The position numbers and the translations under genes were made by a program. Of a stretch of 64,000 nt of DNA, positions 1 to 53,688 are shown in pieces; the first letter of the stretch is position 1; every line of letters begins with the position of its first letter. The notes under the pieces were generated by a model. The model was not told the DNA's origin and searched no databases. It saw only the letters and a program-made list of their open reading frames with translations. Location of the stretch: positions 7,481,264 to 7,545,263 of the forward strand of contig CAVNZM010000006.1 of the NCBI GenBank assembly GCA_963693365.1. Direction: 5' to 3'. The DNA comes from Amoebidium appalachense (lineage: Eukaryota; Protista; Ichthyosporea).

Positions 1-823
1 CTGCTATGAACCTCAAACTTTCAAACTTTCGCTACTATGAAAGGGGTGTGCATCACGGTTCTACTATACGAAAGTTTGCGGCTTCGTCTTGCCCTCAGTA
101 TATAAAGATATCAAAATATGCGTCTTTGTCTCCTGCGTATTAACTACTAAGCATGTATTGGGTTTTGGCCGCAATGAAAGCTAATAAATAGAAAAAAAGG
201 TCAATTCATATGTCTTTCCTATGATCGCTATGCTTCAATTTATTCGGTCGATCTGAGCCGCCGGCCGCCGCGGTAAGGTCTAAACCTCCTTTTATTTTTC
301 CAACTGGTCCCCACTCCTCACACAACCACACACATGCTCCCCCCCCCCCCCCCCCCCAAAAAAAAAAAAAAGAAAAAAAAAAAAAAAAAAAAACCACCCC
401 CAACCACCAACCCCATCTTTCTCTCGCTCTGTCACTCCCCCCTCCCTCCCCCTCTCCATCCTTCCCTCTGTCCACCTCTCCCTCCTCCCTTTTTTGGCAC
501 ATAGAATTGTGTTCTTTGTGTTGTATTTTTTTGCCGTGTATCCTGTGCACTTTGAACTCTGCAGTGCCTTGTCACTCATAAATTTGTATTTCATACTCCA
601 TTACTCATTCTAACTCCCCCCCCCCCCCCCCCCTTCCCCCTCCCCTTCCCCCCCCTCCCCCCCCCCCCCCCACACACACACACACACTGCTCCCTCGCCT
701 ACCCACCCTTCCTCCCTCCCCTTAACCCGACCCACCCACCCATCCCCCCCCCCCCCCCCCCCCCACCACGCAACCACCCCCCCACCCATCCACCCCTGCC
801 CCCGATCCCCTCCTCCGCTCCCA

Positions 824-869
<46 letters not shown>

Positions 870-875
870 ACACAG

Positions 876-1334
876 TCTGTTTGTGATCTACGTTATCAAG
901 AGAAACAGCGAGGTTGCACCCAACTTCAGCGACGATCGTATGATGCGTCATTTCATGATGCTTTTGGCGTTTTTCGCTTTCGTTTTGGGCCTGTGGACTG
1001 CTATGGATGGGATGGGTGTTGCAGTGAGAGAAGAGGACGAAGTGTTCAACCTCGGAGGGGACAACAACACGCTCACTATACGCACACAGTCACTGTATTG
1101 TTCAAAGAGGTAAAGATTCCCCCCTTCCCCTCCTCCCTCCCTCCTCCCCCCTCCCCCTTCCCCCCCCCCTTCAACACTCGGATGGGCTCTGCTTATTGTG
1201 CTCTTTGTGTGCGGTTTGCACTCTACTATTGTACGTTATCGCCGTTATCACCGTTATCACCGTTATCACCAATAAATGGGTTCTTTGTCCATATTCTATG
1301 ACACATTCGTAGCCTCCCTCCCCTCCCTATCTGA

Positions 1335-1382
<48 letters not shown>

Positions 1383-2106
1383 CCACCCGTATTAGCATGT
1401 CACTAATTGAAGGTATGTTAGTGTTAGTTTTCACTGTATTACTGAGGTGTGATTTCTTTCTACATATTCTTAGAAAGCGTGTTAATACCAATGTTTGTAT
1501 TAGTAGGAGTATTATATTTATCCCCCCCCCCCCCCCCCCGAATTACATGATTATGTTCCATGTTCCCCGTTGTGAATGTTTACTTCGCACTTGTGCATGA
1601 TATGGAATCATTGATTTCTTGGCTATAACACATTCTACCCTCCGATCCTCCCCCCTCCCCCCAAAACCATTTCCACCCAACGACCTATTATCGGGCTATT
1701 TATGATGCATGTTGCTATTGTGTGCTTTGCAGAATTTGCCTTGTATAGCGCGTCGCGAACGCGTGTACTTATGTGCCCCTGTGACACATTCTAACCAACC
1801 CTCCTGCCCCCCCCACCCGCCCCCCCCCCCCCCCCCCCCTCCTCTCCCTCCTCCTCCCCCCCCCCTCCCCCCCTTCCCCCCCCCCCCCCCCCCCCCAGTG
1901 TGTGGGTGTACATCCTTCTAGGTCTCGAGACTGCCGTCCTAGTCCTCGGTGTGCTCTTCTCCTTTGCCGTCAGAAAGACACCCTCTGCCTTCCACGAATC
2001 TCAGTATGTATCCCTCCCCCCACCCCCTTCGCCCCCCCCCCTCTCCACCTCCCCCTCCCCCCCCCCTCCCCCCCCCCCCCCCCTCCCCCCCCTCCCCCCC
2101 TCCCCC

Positions 2107-2137
<31 letters not shown>

Positions 2138-2673
2138 AAAAAAAGCCTGGCACCCCCTTCCTGCCCAACTTCGAACCACGTAAACTGGCAAAACTTGGAA
2201 GTCTGGGCTTGTAGGACGAGTTTGTGTTTTGACTTAAGAGTTTAAGTGGACGCCACGCGAGAGAAAAGGGTTTAATCGGGTTTGAGAGACATTGGTGGCA
2301 AAATTTGGGTTTTTGAGATTGGAAAGGTGAAATGGACAAACACACCGCCCATTCACTCAAATGGAAGAAGGGGGGGGGGGGGGGGGGGGGCAAGGTTAAA
2401 GAGAAGGCTTAGAAACCCCCCCATTTATTCGGGGGGAGGGGGGGGGGGGGGGAAGGAAATGTTAAATAGAAGACTCAAAAACCCTGCATGTTATAATACT
2501 TGCGAACATTCAACGAGCATGCTTTTTGGCCTACAGCTCTGAAACCATTGTTTTTTGGTCAAGTATTTAATGCAATAGAAATAGTATGATCTAACAAAAC
2601 TCAATGGTCGTTTGACTGTATGGTTCTATCACAACTCTCATTCAAAATCCTAGTTTATTAACCACTCTCCTTT

Positions 2674-2742
<69 letters not shown>

Positions 2743-2941
2743 AAAAAAAAAAAACACACAAGCACACACATAACTACTCTCCCCATCCCCATCCCCACCT
2801 CTTCTCCCCCATTCCTTCCCCCCCCCCCCCCCCCCCCCCCACCCCACCACCACCACCACCACCACCACACACACACCCCCCCCCCCCCCCCCCCTCCTCC
2901 CTCCCCTTCCTCCCCCTCCCCTCCCTCCCTTGGCCCCTCCA

Positions 2942-2998
<57 letters not shown>

Positions 2999-3284
2999 CA
3001 CAGGTTCTTGGCCATCGCCATCTTCGTGCAGCTGATAATCGACACGTGTGTCCAAGTTTTCCTTCTCACCCGCTCAAAGACACAAATGAATCCCGATTTG
3101 GAATACATCGTTCTTTCCGTGCGCTATTTGGGTGGCACGGTGGTGAACGTGTGCCTTAACATGGTTCCAAAAATGGTAATTATTTCGCAGAACAGAGGTA
3201 ACGACGTCGATGTGAAAAAGTGCGTAGCCAATCCCCCCCCCTCCCCACCACCACCACCACCACCACCACCACCACCACCACCGG

Positions 3285-3337
<53 letters not shown>

Positions 3338-4128
3338 AAAGAAAGAAGGAGAAATAGAGGAAAAAGAAGCGAAGAAAGAATTCCAAGAGAAAGAAAGACC
3401 GTGCCCAGATAGCGTGCCACGTTTTTTCAATTGATTCCACTGATATATGCAAAGAGCTAAGAACAACTTAACCATGTGTAGACAAAGGAATCCAATGCCA
3501 TAAGTGTTCTTCATATGACGCCTTTGGTTACTTAATCGCCAGCCGCACAATTTCAACCAATCAAACTCCACTGACATTGAATATTCCATGCACATCCACA
3601 TGCACCCACACAACCACACACACGTACACGCACACGTACATACGCACTCTTACACAAATAAGCAAACACACACCCACACACACACTTACACAAACACACG
3701 TACACACACGTACACACACGTACACAGGCATCAGCACGACGGAGACAGTGACGATGAAGCAGGCTGGTCTCTTGACGAAGACTTCTACACCCCCGAGACT
3801 CTTGCATACAAGGCCAAGTTGGATAGTCTGCGTATGGCCTACGACACCCTGCTCACAAACTACAACAACTTGCGCGTATGTGTTCCAAATCCTCTCCCCT
3901 TCCTCCCCTCCCCCCTCCCCCCTCTCCCCCCTCCCCCCCCCCCCTCCCCCCCCCTCCAAATGGGCAAAAAAAAAAAAAAAAAAAAAAACCCCCTAAAATG
4001 ATCGTGGCTCTTCCCGCAGCGAAATTCCACACTGCAAATAGTAATAGAAACAGTAGTGAAAGAACACAGACATGTATGGCCTTGCACACGCACTGCCTAG
4101 TCTATGACAAGCACACATGCAAGTGTTG

Positions 4129-4168
<40 letters not shown>

Positions 4169-4524
4169 TACATGCAACAAACACACCCGCCACCCACCAG
4201 CATCCACGCATAAAATGAAAGCCACGGGGGGGGCGGGGGTGGGGGGGGAGGAGGGGGGGAAGGAGGGGGGGGGGGGGGGACGGTAGGGAAAAGTGGAGAA
4301 GAGTGCTGTGGGGGAGAGAAAGCGAGAGAGGGAGGGGGGAGGGAGGGAGGAGGGGGGGGCAAGCAAATGGGAAGAAAAGATGCTCGATGTTGAGAGTAGT
4401 GGCGCTCCGATAAATTTGTTATGAATGGTAATGAAAATCCTGAATATCGGCCCGTATAATGCAGCTACGTCTGTTACTTTTTCATACCCTGGGCTTTGTG
4501 CATGTGAAGTGTGACTGACTTATC

Positions 4525-4561
<37 letters not shown>

Positions 4562-4573
4562 CAAGCGCGCGCA

Positions 4574-4645
<72 letters not shown>

Positions 4646-4742
4646 CCAAAGCATGACCAAACTCAAGGCACCACCCTCCGCCATCGTCCACGACTCGAGC
4701 ACGCTCGTGATTGGCTCGGAGAGCACCCAGTCTTTAACCTGA
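876..4742 (+). CDS. Class C GPCR (7tm_3), GPR158/GPR179-like; 3' exons only (5' part lies upstream of the window)
   Basis: Phase-consistent GT-AG exons 876-1109, 1899-2003, 3004-3219, 3728-3875, 4644-4742 (TGA). The spliced protein has TM4-TM7 with ...VRKTPSAFHESQFLAIAIFVQLII...CLNMVPKM (cf. GPR158 VPSAFHEPRYMAVAV...LLIPKF), followed by a short coiled coil AYKAKLDSLRMAYDTLLTNYNNLR. Confidence 0.85.
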
Positions 4743-5451
4743 TATTCATATAGTACTACTAAGTTAAAATAGTTTTATTATTCCTGTTTTTTAGCACACC
4801 AATAGCCAATAGCTTTAGAATATGATTTTCACACATTCTGCAAGACTTAGTTCAGTTGTCACTTACATGTGCTGGATTTAAAAATTCACGTTTTAATGTT
4901 TATCCTTATTGGGCGGAGTGCAAGAATCCTATTGGGTTGATAAGACTCCGATACTCTCCTGAATATTTTGAGGCCCGCGGTGGGTCGGGGCGGACTGCCG
5001 GAACCTCGAGCACACACACATACATACACACACACGCGCGCGCGCACACACACACACACGCACACACACACACACACTCACGCGCACACACTCGCGCGCA
5101 CACACACAAAGACGCACACACGTGACACCTTTACACACACGCACACACACACACAAGCGGCTATAGAACCAGGTCCTTACTAGCCAACTTTTGAACTTGA
5201 GATCATTCGCCAGTTAAAAATTAATTTGATCAATATAATTTAATGAATGTCACGGTGCTACAATGACTCACCTCAGCTTTGAGCTACAGAGTTGTGAGCG
5301 TAACACAGGAATGTGATGGTCATGATATACTAATAGTGGAGGCACACCGTAGCTTTCGACTAAAAACTGTTACCATTGAACAATAAAGGAGCTTCACAGT
5401 GAGTCCACTAGTGGCTCAGATCTCGACGTACACACGGTGTCAGTGTCAATC

Positions 5452-5511
<60 letters not shown>

Positions 5512-6234
5512 CACACACACACATGTACACACATGTACACCGACAAACGCACACCGTCACGATGACCCACACATCATGCACGCACACACACAGAGATGTA
5601 CTACACCCTGCCGTGTGGCCCACGTGACATTTGCACACAATCACATGTGTATCCGATCATGATTACGTACGGTTGGCACAGTGTGACACGTATATCATCA
5701 CGTGTACAGTGCATGGCACGGCCCTGGCAAATTGAATGCACGACGTCATGCATTGGTAGCAGTAGTAGTCGACATCTATACCGTAGTACACAAGACGCAC
5801 GGCCCGTGCCTATTCACGGTCCCTTTCTGTTTGCCTGCTCGGAGAATTTTAGTGTGCAGCTTCGCTGAGCGGTAGCTCGGGTAGGATGACATGCGTAGTC
5901 TAGCCAAAATCCGCGGAAAAGTAAAAGGCCACATGAATTTTTGTTATATTCAAACTTTCGGATGGAGGTCTTAGCGTAGATGAAATCTGAAACCCGGAAA
6001 TGATCAGGATTTGTGCATGCAACAGTACCAACTATAATATTGAAAGGTTGTGCTGTAGAAGAACGAGACGGAATGGACTCAGGCTATCTACTTAAGAGTA
6101 CTCAATACGGTACCAGACGTTGTTAAGTGTGCTATGTGTAAAGTTGCGGCCCCCCGTTAACCCGTATAAGAAATGCACCCCCTGTAGAATTGGTCTTTCT
6201 CTAGCTGGTGGTATTATTGATCACATACCACATT

Positions 6235-6530
6235 TTTACTGCCAGTACACGTGCTATACAGTGGAGATCTAATAAGTATAAGGTGGCATCGAACGTTTGC
6301 ATGCCCAAACAACATACACACACACCAGTCTAAACGGTCATGTATCGCCAAATGTAGTTTGATAGACCACATAATACCGCAACACACACACGTCACATTC
6401 ACAACAACAGACACCCAGAAAGATAGCCTACCTGAAAATTACAACATCCTTGATTTTATACTAAACACGCGAAACTACGACCTGTTTATTAGATGTATTG
6501 ATTGGCTTGAGAAACACATCATTACAAAAT
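6235..6530 (+). mobile_element. Degenerate 3' end of a non-LTR retrotransposon ORF (second LINE relic)
   Basis: Frameshifted peptide RAIQWRSNK / WHRTFACPNNIHTH..RSCIAKC...ENYNILDFILNTRNYDLFIRCIDWLEKHI parallels the C-terminus of the adjacent minus-strand LINE (KCLFWHCN..CHFC..SRKHLDRC...DITSIDYLLNHCGMFNEFSRVYDYL). Confidence 0.5.
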
Positions 6531-6532
6531 TC

Positions 6533-7969
6533 TTTTTTTTTCTATAATGACTTTATTGATATGCTCAGCAAAATAGAAGCCATCGAGATATCACCGATAT
6601 CTCGGAGAAGAAAATACAAAAGCCCTCACACTCGGATACGGAGGAGATAACGACTTAAATAATCATACACCCTAGAAAACTCGTTAAACATACCGCAGTG
6701 GTTCAACAGATAGTCAATAGACGTAATATCAGGATTATCTAAATAAGCCAGTCTTCTAATTTCTAACGGAATAATCTGAGATAAATAAATACATCTATCT
6801 AAGTGTTTACGAGAAAAAGGTTCTGCACAAAAGTGGCACAAACATTTATGGAAACAAAGGTTACAGTGCCAAAATAAACATTTCCAAGCTATATCACAAG
6901 GAGGGGTTAGAATTGCAAAATCGGTAAGTGTGGTAGGTTTACGAGAGGAATGATAAATATAAGTAGCTAATTTACACAACGATTGTAAAGAAAATAGACG
7001 AGTCTCTAATATAAAAAGAAGGACAGGTTCAAGAGCCCTACCATGAAACTCTTTGTCACAACGATGAAGCAAAGCCATTAGTATGAAACCAAGTAGCATA
7101 CTGCTGATAACTAGTAGAAGAGAAAAATAAAGGAGATAAGTATTTAAAAGGATATCTCGGAATGGGAGAGAGATTGGGGATAGGACATTTCGCACGAACA
7201 TTAGAAATGCAGGGAACAGGTGCTAAAGAAGGAAAGAATTGCAACAAAGGATGATAAGAAGGAAGCCTAACCAAATGAAAACAAAAGCGAAGTCCTAATT
7301 CATTCATACGCTGGCGCGCCGGAGGGAGACCAAAAACACTCAGCAAGGGAGCCGCCAAAGGATGCCTACGCGAGGTTCGAGAAATAAACTGGATGAGTTT
7401 ACGCTGAAAGGAATCGAATTCCCGAAGAGCCGCGCGCTGTTGCCGTGGAGGGGCACACAAGAGTAACGGGAGGACATATTCGAAACATGGACGATAAAGC
7501 TTTATAAAGAGTGAGCAAATTGGCAGGATGAATATTAGAGATATTTGCGAATATTCCTTGATAGATATGTAAGCGACCACGCGCACGAGAAATGCGCGAA
7601 GTCAAAAGGCGATCAAACCAGATACCCTTAGAGGTGAAAGGAATACCTAAATAGTCATAGGAGGACACGATTGGGATAGGTTGATTGTTCAGAGTGTACT
7701 GTGCATTGGAAGAAAAGGTGCCGCATTTATCTATCCCAATTTTCATGAAAATTCGGAAACACCAGTCATCTACTCGAGAAAGCATGTTATTCATGATAGA
7801 AGGATCGTGAGTGACTAAGACAATATCATCGGCAAAAAAAAGGCCGGAGACACAAGAGTGTAGTCGCCCGCAACTGGAAATTGTTGAATTTCTACCGCTA
7901 AATCGTCAATAAAGACATCAAAGAGAAGATAAAGACATCAAAGAGAAGATAAAGACATCAAAGAGAAGA
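6533..7969 (-). mobile_element. 5'-truncated, frameshifted non-LTR retrotransposon (LINE): RT C-terminal half, Cys/His-rich tail, poly(A)
   Basis: Minus-strand RT motifs LLFDVFIDDL, SGLFFADDIVLV, KCGTF, YDYLGIPF, LYKAL/RPCFEY. Stop at 6626, AATAAA at 6557-6552, A-tail at 6541-6533. Several frameshifts. Confidence 0.9.
7910..7969. repeat. Three exact 20-bp tandem copies (taaagacatcaaagagaaga) at the LINE 5' truncation point
   Basis: Directly visible. On the minus strand the unit is the LLFDVF-coding segment of RT. Confidence 0.9.
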
Positions 7970-8157
7970 AAAAACTTTCCGGAATAGCCAAGGCATCCGA
8001 TCCATGACTACCCCGGTTGGAGTTAGCTTAGAGGGCCATTGCCATAGTCCTCCTGCACCCAGGCGAGTCCCATCAGGGCATCCGATCCCAATGTGCTACA
8101 TCCCGGGATTCGAACCAGGTGCCTCCTGCGTCGGAGGCGAGGAGCTTAAAAATCTAG

Positions 8158-8160
<3 letters not shown>
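7970..8160 (-). mobile_element. tRNA-derived (Arg-CCG-like) SINE or Pol III RNA copy
   Basis: Minus strand has a B box GGTTCGAATCCC (8115-8104), an anticodon-like arm ctcgc-ctCCGac-gcagg, a ~120-nt body with the repeat ggatcggatgcc twice, and a T6 run at 7974-7969. The A box and 5' acceptor strand are degenerate, so it is not a functional tRNA. Confidence 0.55.
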
Positions 8161-8224
<64 letters not shown>

Positions 8225-8665
8225 CCAGCTGATACCGAGTGTCCCAGGGGAGCCCGAAAAAAAAAAAAACAAAAAAAAAAACGGGGAACCCCAACTAATT
8301 GATTTTTCTTAGTCTTTATGGTGTCTCGTAGAGAAAGTACACCCTGATATATAATCATCACCCGACAGCTATGTACGTGATCATGATATACCGCTGAGGG
8401 GATATTCCGAGCAAAACCCCCCCCATACCTGAGACTGGTCTCTCTTTGCCTCGAGTAAACAGCATAAACCCCAATGTGACCTCATGCATCTCATAACAAG
8501 TCTCAGCTATAGTATGCCGGTGGCGGAAGGTGGCTGGTGTATGCCATCTCGAAGCAACATAACGTAGCAGTACTGAATAGGGGGCCTGATTCAGTCAGGG
8601 GTGTGTGTATGTGTGTGTGTGTGTGTGTGCGTGTGTGTGCGTGTGCGTGTGCGTGTGTGTGTGTC

Positions 8666-8712
<47 letters not shown>

Positions 8713-8892
8713 CGTGTGTGTGCGTGCGTGCGTGCGGGTTTTATTTGTGGAAATTATTGACATAAATATTTTTCTGGGTAAACACGTAGGATGGGTGTTC
8801 GATACCAACATAACCATGTAGGCTTCATTTCGTGTTTTAGCAGTTAGCGGTTGGCTGCCCGCACACGGGCACCTATTAGCCAACCAAAACAT

Positions 8893-9000
8893 CAGATACC
8901 ACAGATCACTAGACCGAGTTATGATTGGCTCGGATCAGATTTCACATATCACTAGATCGATTTTTGATTGGCTCAGATCAGTAGGCTTAGGTATATAAGC
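8893..9000 (+). promoter_or_regulatory. Candidate Pol II promoter: two ~42-bp tandem units each with an inverted CCAAT (gattggctc), then TATATAAG
   Basis: ATTGG at ~8924 and ~8967, tatataag at 8992-8999, upstream of the ATG at 9204. Confidence 0.4.
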
Positions 9001-9203
9001 ACGACAGTTTTTTAGCAGATCAGCAAGCTACAAACACATCTTCTGTGTTTAGCATCCACAGCCTTACAGCTATATATTCCTTTTCACCCACCCACCTACA
9101 CCCACACACAACCCCCATTGATCCACACATACGTGCTGTTTTTTCACGGGGCGAAGACTTCCCCCGTTTTTTGGGCACATGGACCTCACGGATCAATAAA
9201 TTG

Positions 9204-13451
<4,248 letters not shown>

Positions 13452-13746
13452 GTAGCCACAGGCGTGGCACAGTCCTCTGAGGAGTTCCTACTCACGTCCT
13501 ATTACACAAACATGCTCCTCATGATCACACACGGTGTCTGTAGTCATACAGAGACACAACAGCGGAAAGACACTGTGACTAGGTCCGAGAGGGCGTTCAA
13601 AACACGCTTGAAAACACAGTGTACCTTGGCTTGCACAACAGTTCATGCCTTGGCCATGCCGTGGCATAATTTGAAACGCGTGTGCGTGTCACGCACGCAC
13701 ACACACACACACGCTTGCAGACACACGCACACACACACACGCACAA

Positions 13747-13863
<117 letters not shown>

Positions 13864-14200
13864 ACACCTACACACACACAGACACAGACAACTGTGACAC
13901 ACACAAACAAACACATTGTCACACACACACACACACACAAACACGCACACACGCACACATTGCACACATGCCCACGCTCACGCACACGCTGAGTGACACA
14001 AAACACATGTACACACGCACACACACGGACACACACACTCGCACACAGGCATACACGAATACACACACATTTGTGTGATGCTATAACACTGTACAAACAC
14101 GCACCTCAATTTTTGTACATGCATGGAAACATCACGTGCAGATGAGTTGGTGACGATACTCATTACTCATCCATTTCTCTTTTTCTGCTGTCCCATACAG

Positions 14201-24552
<10,352 letters not shown>

Positions 24553-24615
24553 GTGCATGCCCCGGGGCCGCATATGTTGCAACACTAATGAGATGAAGGT
24601 GTGGGTGAGATGACA

Positions 24616-24676
<61 letters not shown>

Positions 24677-24759
24677 CGCACGCTCGTGTGCATCTTTAAA
24701 TTGTGTGTGTGTGTTGTGTGTGTGTGTGTGTGTGTGGTGGTGGTGGTGGTGGTGGTGGT

Positions 24760-24809
<50 letters not shown>

Positions 24810-25677
24810 CTGCATTGTGCCTATGCACACACAACACCTGTGCAGGTTTAGGCGGGCATTTAGCCTATATGTGCATGCATTGTAATTTTTTATTTGATAT
24901 ATCCTTTCACGTAATTCCTGCATTAATCTGAGTAGTGGCAATTTTGTGCTTTATATCAGAATGGGATTAATACACACTGAGCATTCCTATGTGTCTAGAG
25001 CTAAGATCATTGTAAAAATGTAGCCTATCTACCTTAAGCTTGCATTCATGAAGTATATCTAATTCGCATGTGGTAATTTTTCACGTGTCGTACAGAATAT
25101 CTACCTCAAATGTCGCAAATATTTTACTGTCGTAGTGTATATCTATCCTGCCTTGTAAATATACCTATCTCCCACGTACATAGTAGATTTACCAGGTGTA
25201 TATGAACGCAACGGTTTTAGTATGCATTAAAATGTAATTTGTCGATTAACAGATACCAACCGAACTAACGTAACTTGCACCAGCGATAAAAGAGCGTAAA
25301 AACACTATCTAACAGTAAATATGCGGCTGAGCCGTGTCACTGTACCAGTGATATGTACAAGTGATAAAAATAGTCAAAGGAGCTAAAATTATAACATTAA
25401 ACCGAAACCGAAGTATACCGATGGACCCCGCCCCCCCCCCCTCGCTCCTTCATGTATTACATCTATCCCTCACACGGTATGCATTCTGTCACCAGTCCTG
25501 GAACATCATTCATTCTAAACTAAAAACCATGCCTGCTACCCCCCCCCCCCCCCCCCCCCCCCCCCCTCTCCCCCCCTCCCAAAAAAAATAAAAATAAATA
25601 AATAAAACGGTTTGGTAGTTCGTGTGACAACTGTGTTATGATACTATGTGCGCACATGGGTGACTGTGTGTGTGTGC

Positions 25678-25749
<72 letters not shown>

Positions 25750-25848
25750 TGCAGTTGTGTCATTGTGTGCGTGCAGGTGTGTTTATGTGTGTGTGTGTGT
25801 GTGTGTGCATGCACATGTGTGACTGTGTGTGCAGATTTGTGTGTGCGC

Positions 25849-26197
25849 GCACATGTGTGACTGTGCGTATGTGCAGATATATGCCTATGTGTGCACATGT
25901 GTGACTGTGTGTATGTGCAGATATATGCCTATGTGTGCACATGTGTGACTGTGCGTATGTGCAGATATATGCCTATGTGTGCACATGTGTGACTGTGCGT
26001 ATGTGCAGATATATGCCTATGTGTGCACATGTGTGACGTGTGTATGTGCAGATATATGCCTATGTGTGCACATGTGTGACGTGTGTATGTGCAGATATAT
26101 GCCTATGTGTGCACATGTGTGACGTGTGTATGTGCAGATATATGCCTATGTGTGCACATGTGTGACGTGTGTATGTGCAGATATATGCCTATGTGTG
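25849..26197. repeat. 42-44-bp minisatellite (gcacatgtgtgactgtgcgtatgtgcagatatatgcctatgtgt, about 8 copies)
   Basis: Near-identical tandem units in two length variants, between convergent genes. Confidence 0.9.
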
Positions 26198-26709
26198 GGT
26201 ACGTGTGTGTCTACCATTTCATCTGTAAGACATATGTACACAGGACATCTCTGCCGATGACGACATAGGGAGGGGCCCCCGAGCACTCCAAGAAAGCACT
26301 GTTTTCTGTCCACCTGATTGGTTGCTTGCCATCAAACCGCGCCAGCCGCCGCAACAATGGTCTCGACCAATAGCATGGCCCCATTTTGGTGCTCCCCTGA
26401 TTTCACTTCCGGCCATTAGGCCCGCCGTATGCCCCCAATCACGATATATCCTCTTTGGGGGGAGTATCTTTTCTTTGTCGATTCGCCCACAGCGCTCAGT
26501 CTATAATAAACCATACGAGTTGGAGCATCGTGTTCCATGTTAGCCTCGGCGGTCACAATAGGGGCGGTGCGCCGCGTTCCATGCTAACCTTAGCGCTGCA
26601 GTCTACAGACCATATGGACTGTAGCACCGTGTACCTGTTCCAAGCGTGCCCCGGCAGTCTAGGCCATATAAACCGGAGCGCTGTGTTCCATCCTAGCCGC
26701 GGCACGAAC

Positions 26710-31492
<4,783 letters not shown>

Positions 31493-32830
31493 GGTAAAGG
31501 ACTCTCCCCGGGTATGGCTGTGTACTGTTGCAAGTCTTAGATCCAAGAAGAAGTTATACTTACTTTTCACTGGGCTCAAGCTTATAATGATAACTTTGGC
31601 GTGAAAATAGCCATTTGTGGCAGTGTGTGGAGGTTTATCTATACATGAATCACTTGTACTTTTGTGTGACAGGACATCATGAGCATGTTTGTTTGCAAGA
31701 TCTCAAGACGCAATTTGCTTGAGCAGATCCTATCATACATTAACACAACATTTACAAGTGAAAATGCGTGATCAACTAGACATCGTGTAGCAATTTACCC
31801 GGGCATTTCGAACTGAAGGGATCCACTGTAGTTCAGATGTTATGTATGACCATCAAGGTGAATTGAAGGCCACCAGACGTAGAAACGGTGTAAGAGAAGA
31901 CCACTGCTTTTGCAAGAGAAGTGGGAGCTGGGTACGGTGGGGATTCAGATGGAGTGTATAGGAGTGAGGGGGAAAGGGAGAGGGCGGGGGGCCACGTACG
32001 GGGGGGGGAGAGGGGGGGGGGGATGGGGGGGGGGGGGGGGTTGGGGGGTTGATCATACAGGCCGCGGATAATCAACGCGTATCGATCGCGCCAGGCCTGC
32101 AGTTTCCAACATGATCGATTTTAAAGTTTTTATATATAAAGTTTATATTTATTTAATGTTTTCGATTAGTGTAAACAAATTTTATGTGGTGTTTAAAAGA
32201 ATGTTTATGTTTAACTGGCGAATCGAGTGAAGGAAAAAGTTTAAAGAGAGTATCAGTTATCATTATGAGTGATATATACTTACTACTCATTTTCAAAGGC
32301 GAATCACAACAGCACAAACGGATTCACAAAAGTAAACAACAAATTCATCCAACCAGAAACAATCATTAAAAAATCATCAGTCATACTATAACGGCATGCA
32401 ATGACATCATAAATTTATTTTTCGCTATTGGAAAACTGTGTTATGACGTAAGCTGTTGTGTCCTTTTTGGGCCAAAACGACTCAGGCCGCCGCCGTTCCA
32501 ACGGTCAAGTGTCCCTTGTCTCTCAAAAAACGAACCAAAAGGCGGGAAAAAACGAGGAGGGCCTTTGGTGGTTTTACGGCTTTTACAAGTTTTGTATACC
32601 AAAGTCTGCCTAAGTAGTTTACCGAGTTCTTCTTTTATTTTATTTTATTTTTTTTGGTTGCTGCTGCATGCGTGAACATTATTGTGCGCTGTCACAAATA
32701 GAGCTACCAAGCATGACACAAGAGATACACCTTCACCCATAAAATCCCAATTGATGGTTTGAGGGACATACTAGCGCCAGTGTAGTTCAGAAAAGAGCAA
32801 CGGCCCTCGTGGCCAAGTACAGCCGCCAAG
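31493..32830. promoter_or_regulatory. Divergent promoter and 5' UTR region between Orai and SENP
   Basis: Head-to-head start codons 1.34 kb apart. CRE-like tgacgtaa/tgacatca at 32402-32451 and E2F-like ggcgggaaa at 32541. Confidence 0.4.
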
Positions 32831-53561
<20,731 letters not shown>

Positions 53562-53604
53562 GAGATATGCTCGCATTTTTTGGGTTTTCTGTGAGATACT
53601 GAGG

Positions 53605-53688
<84 letters not shown>

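Noticed and set aside
8095-8160. Functional tRNA-Arg gene
   Set aside because: The 5' acceptor strand and A box are missing, and the anticodon and T stems have mismatches.
31500-31860. Degenerate LTR/DIRS integrase or RNase H on the minus strand (ELQWIPSVRNA, LRLEILQ..AHD)
   Set aside because: Only short scattered resemblances across frames. The adjacent sequence is Orai exon 1 and this region is more simply its 5' UTR or promoter.
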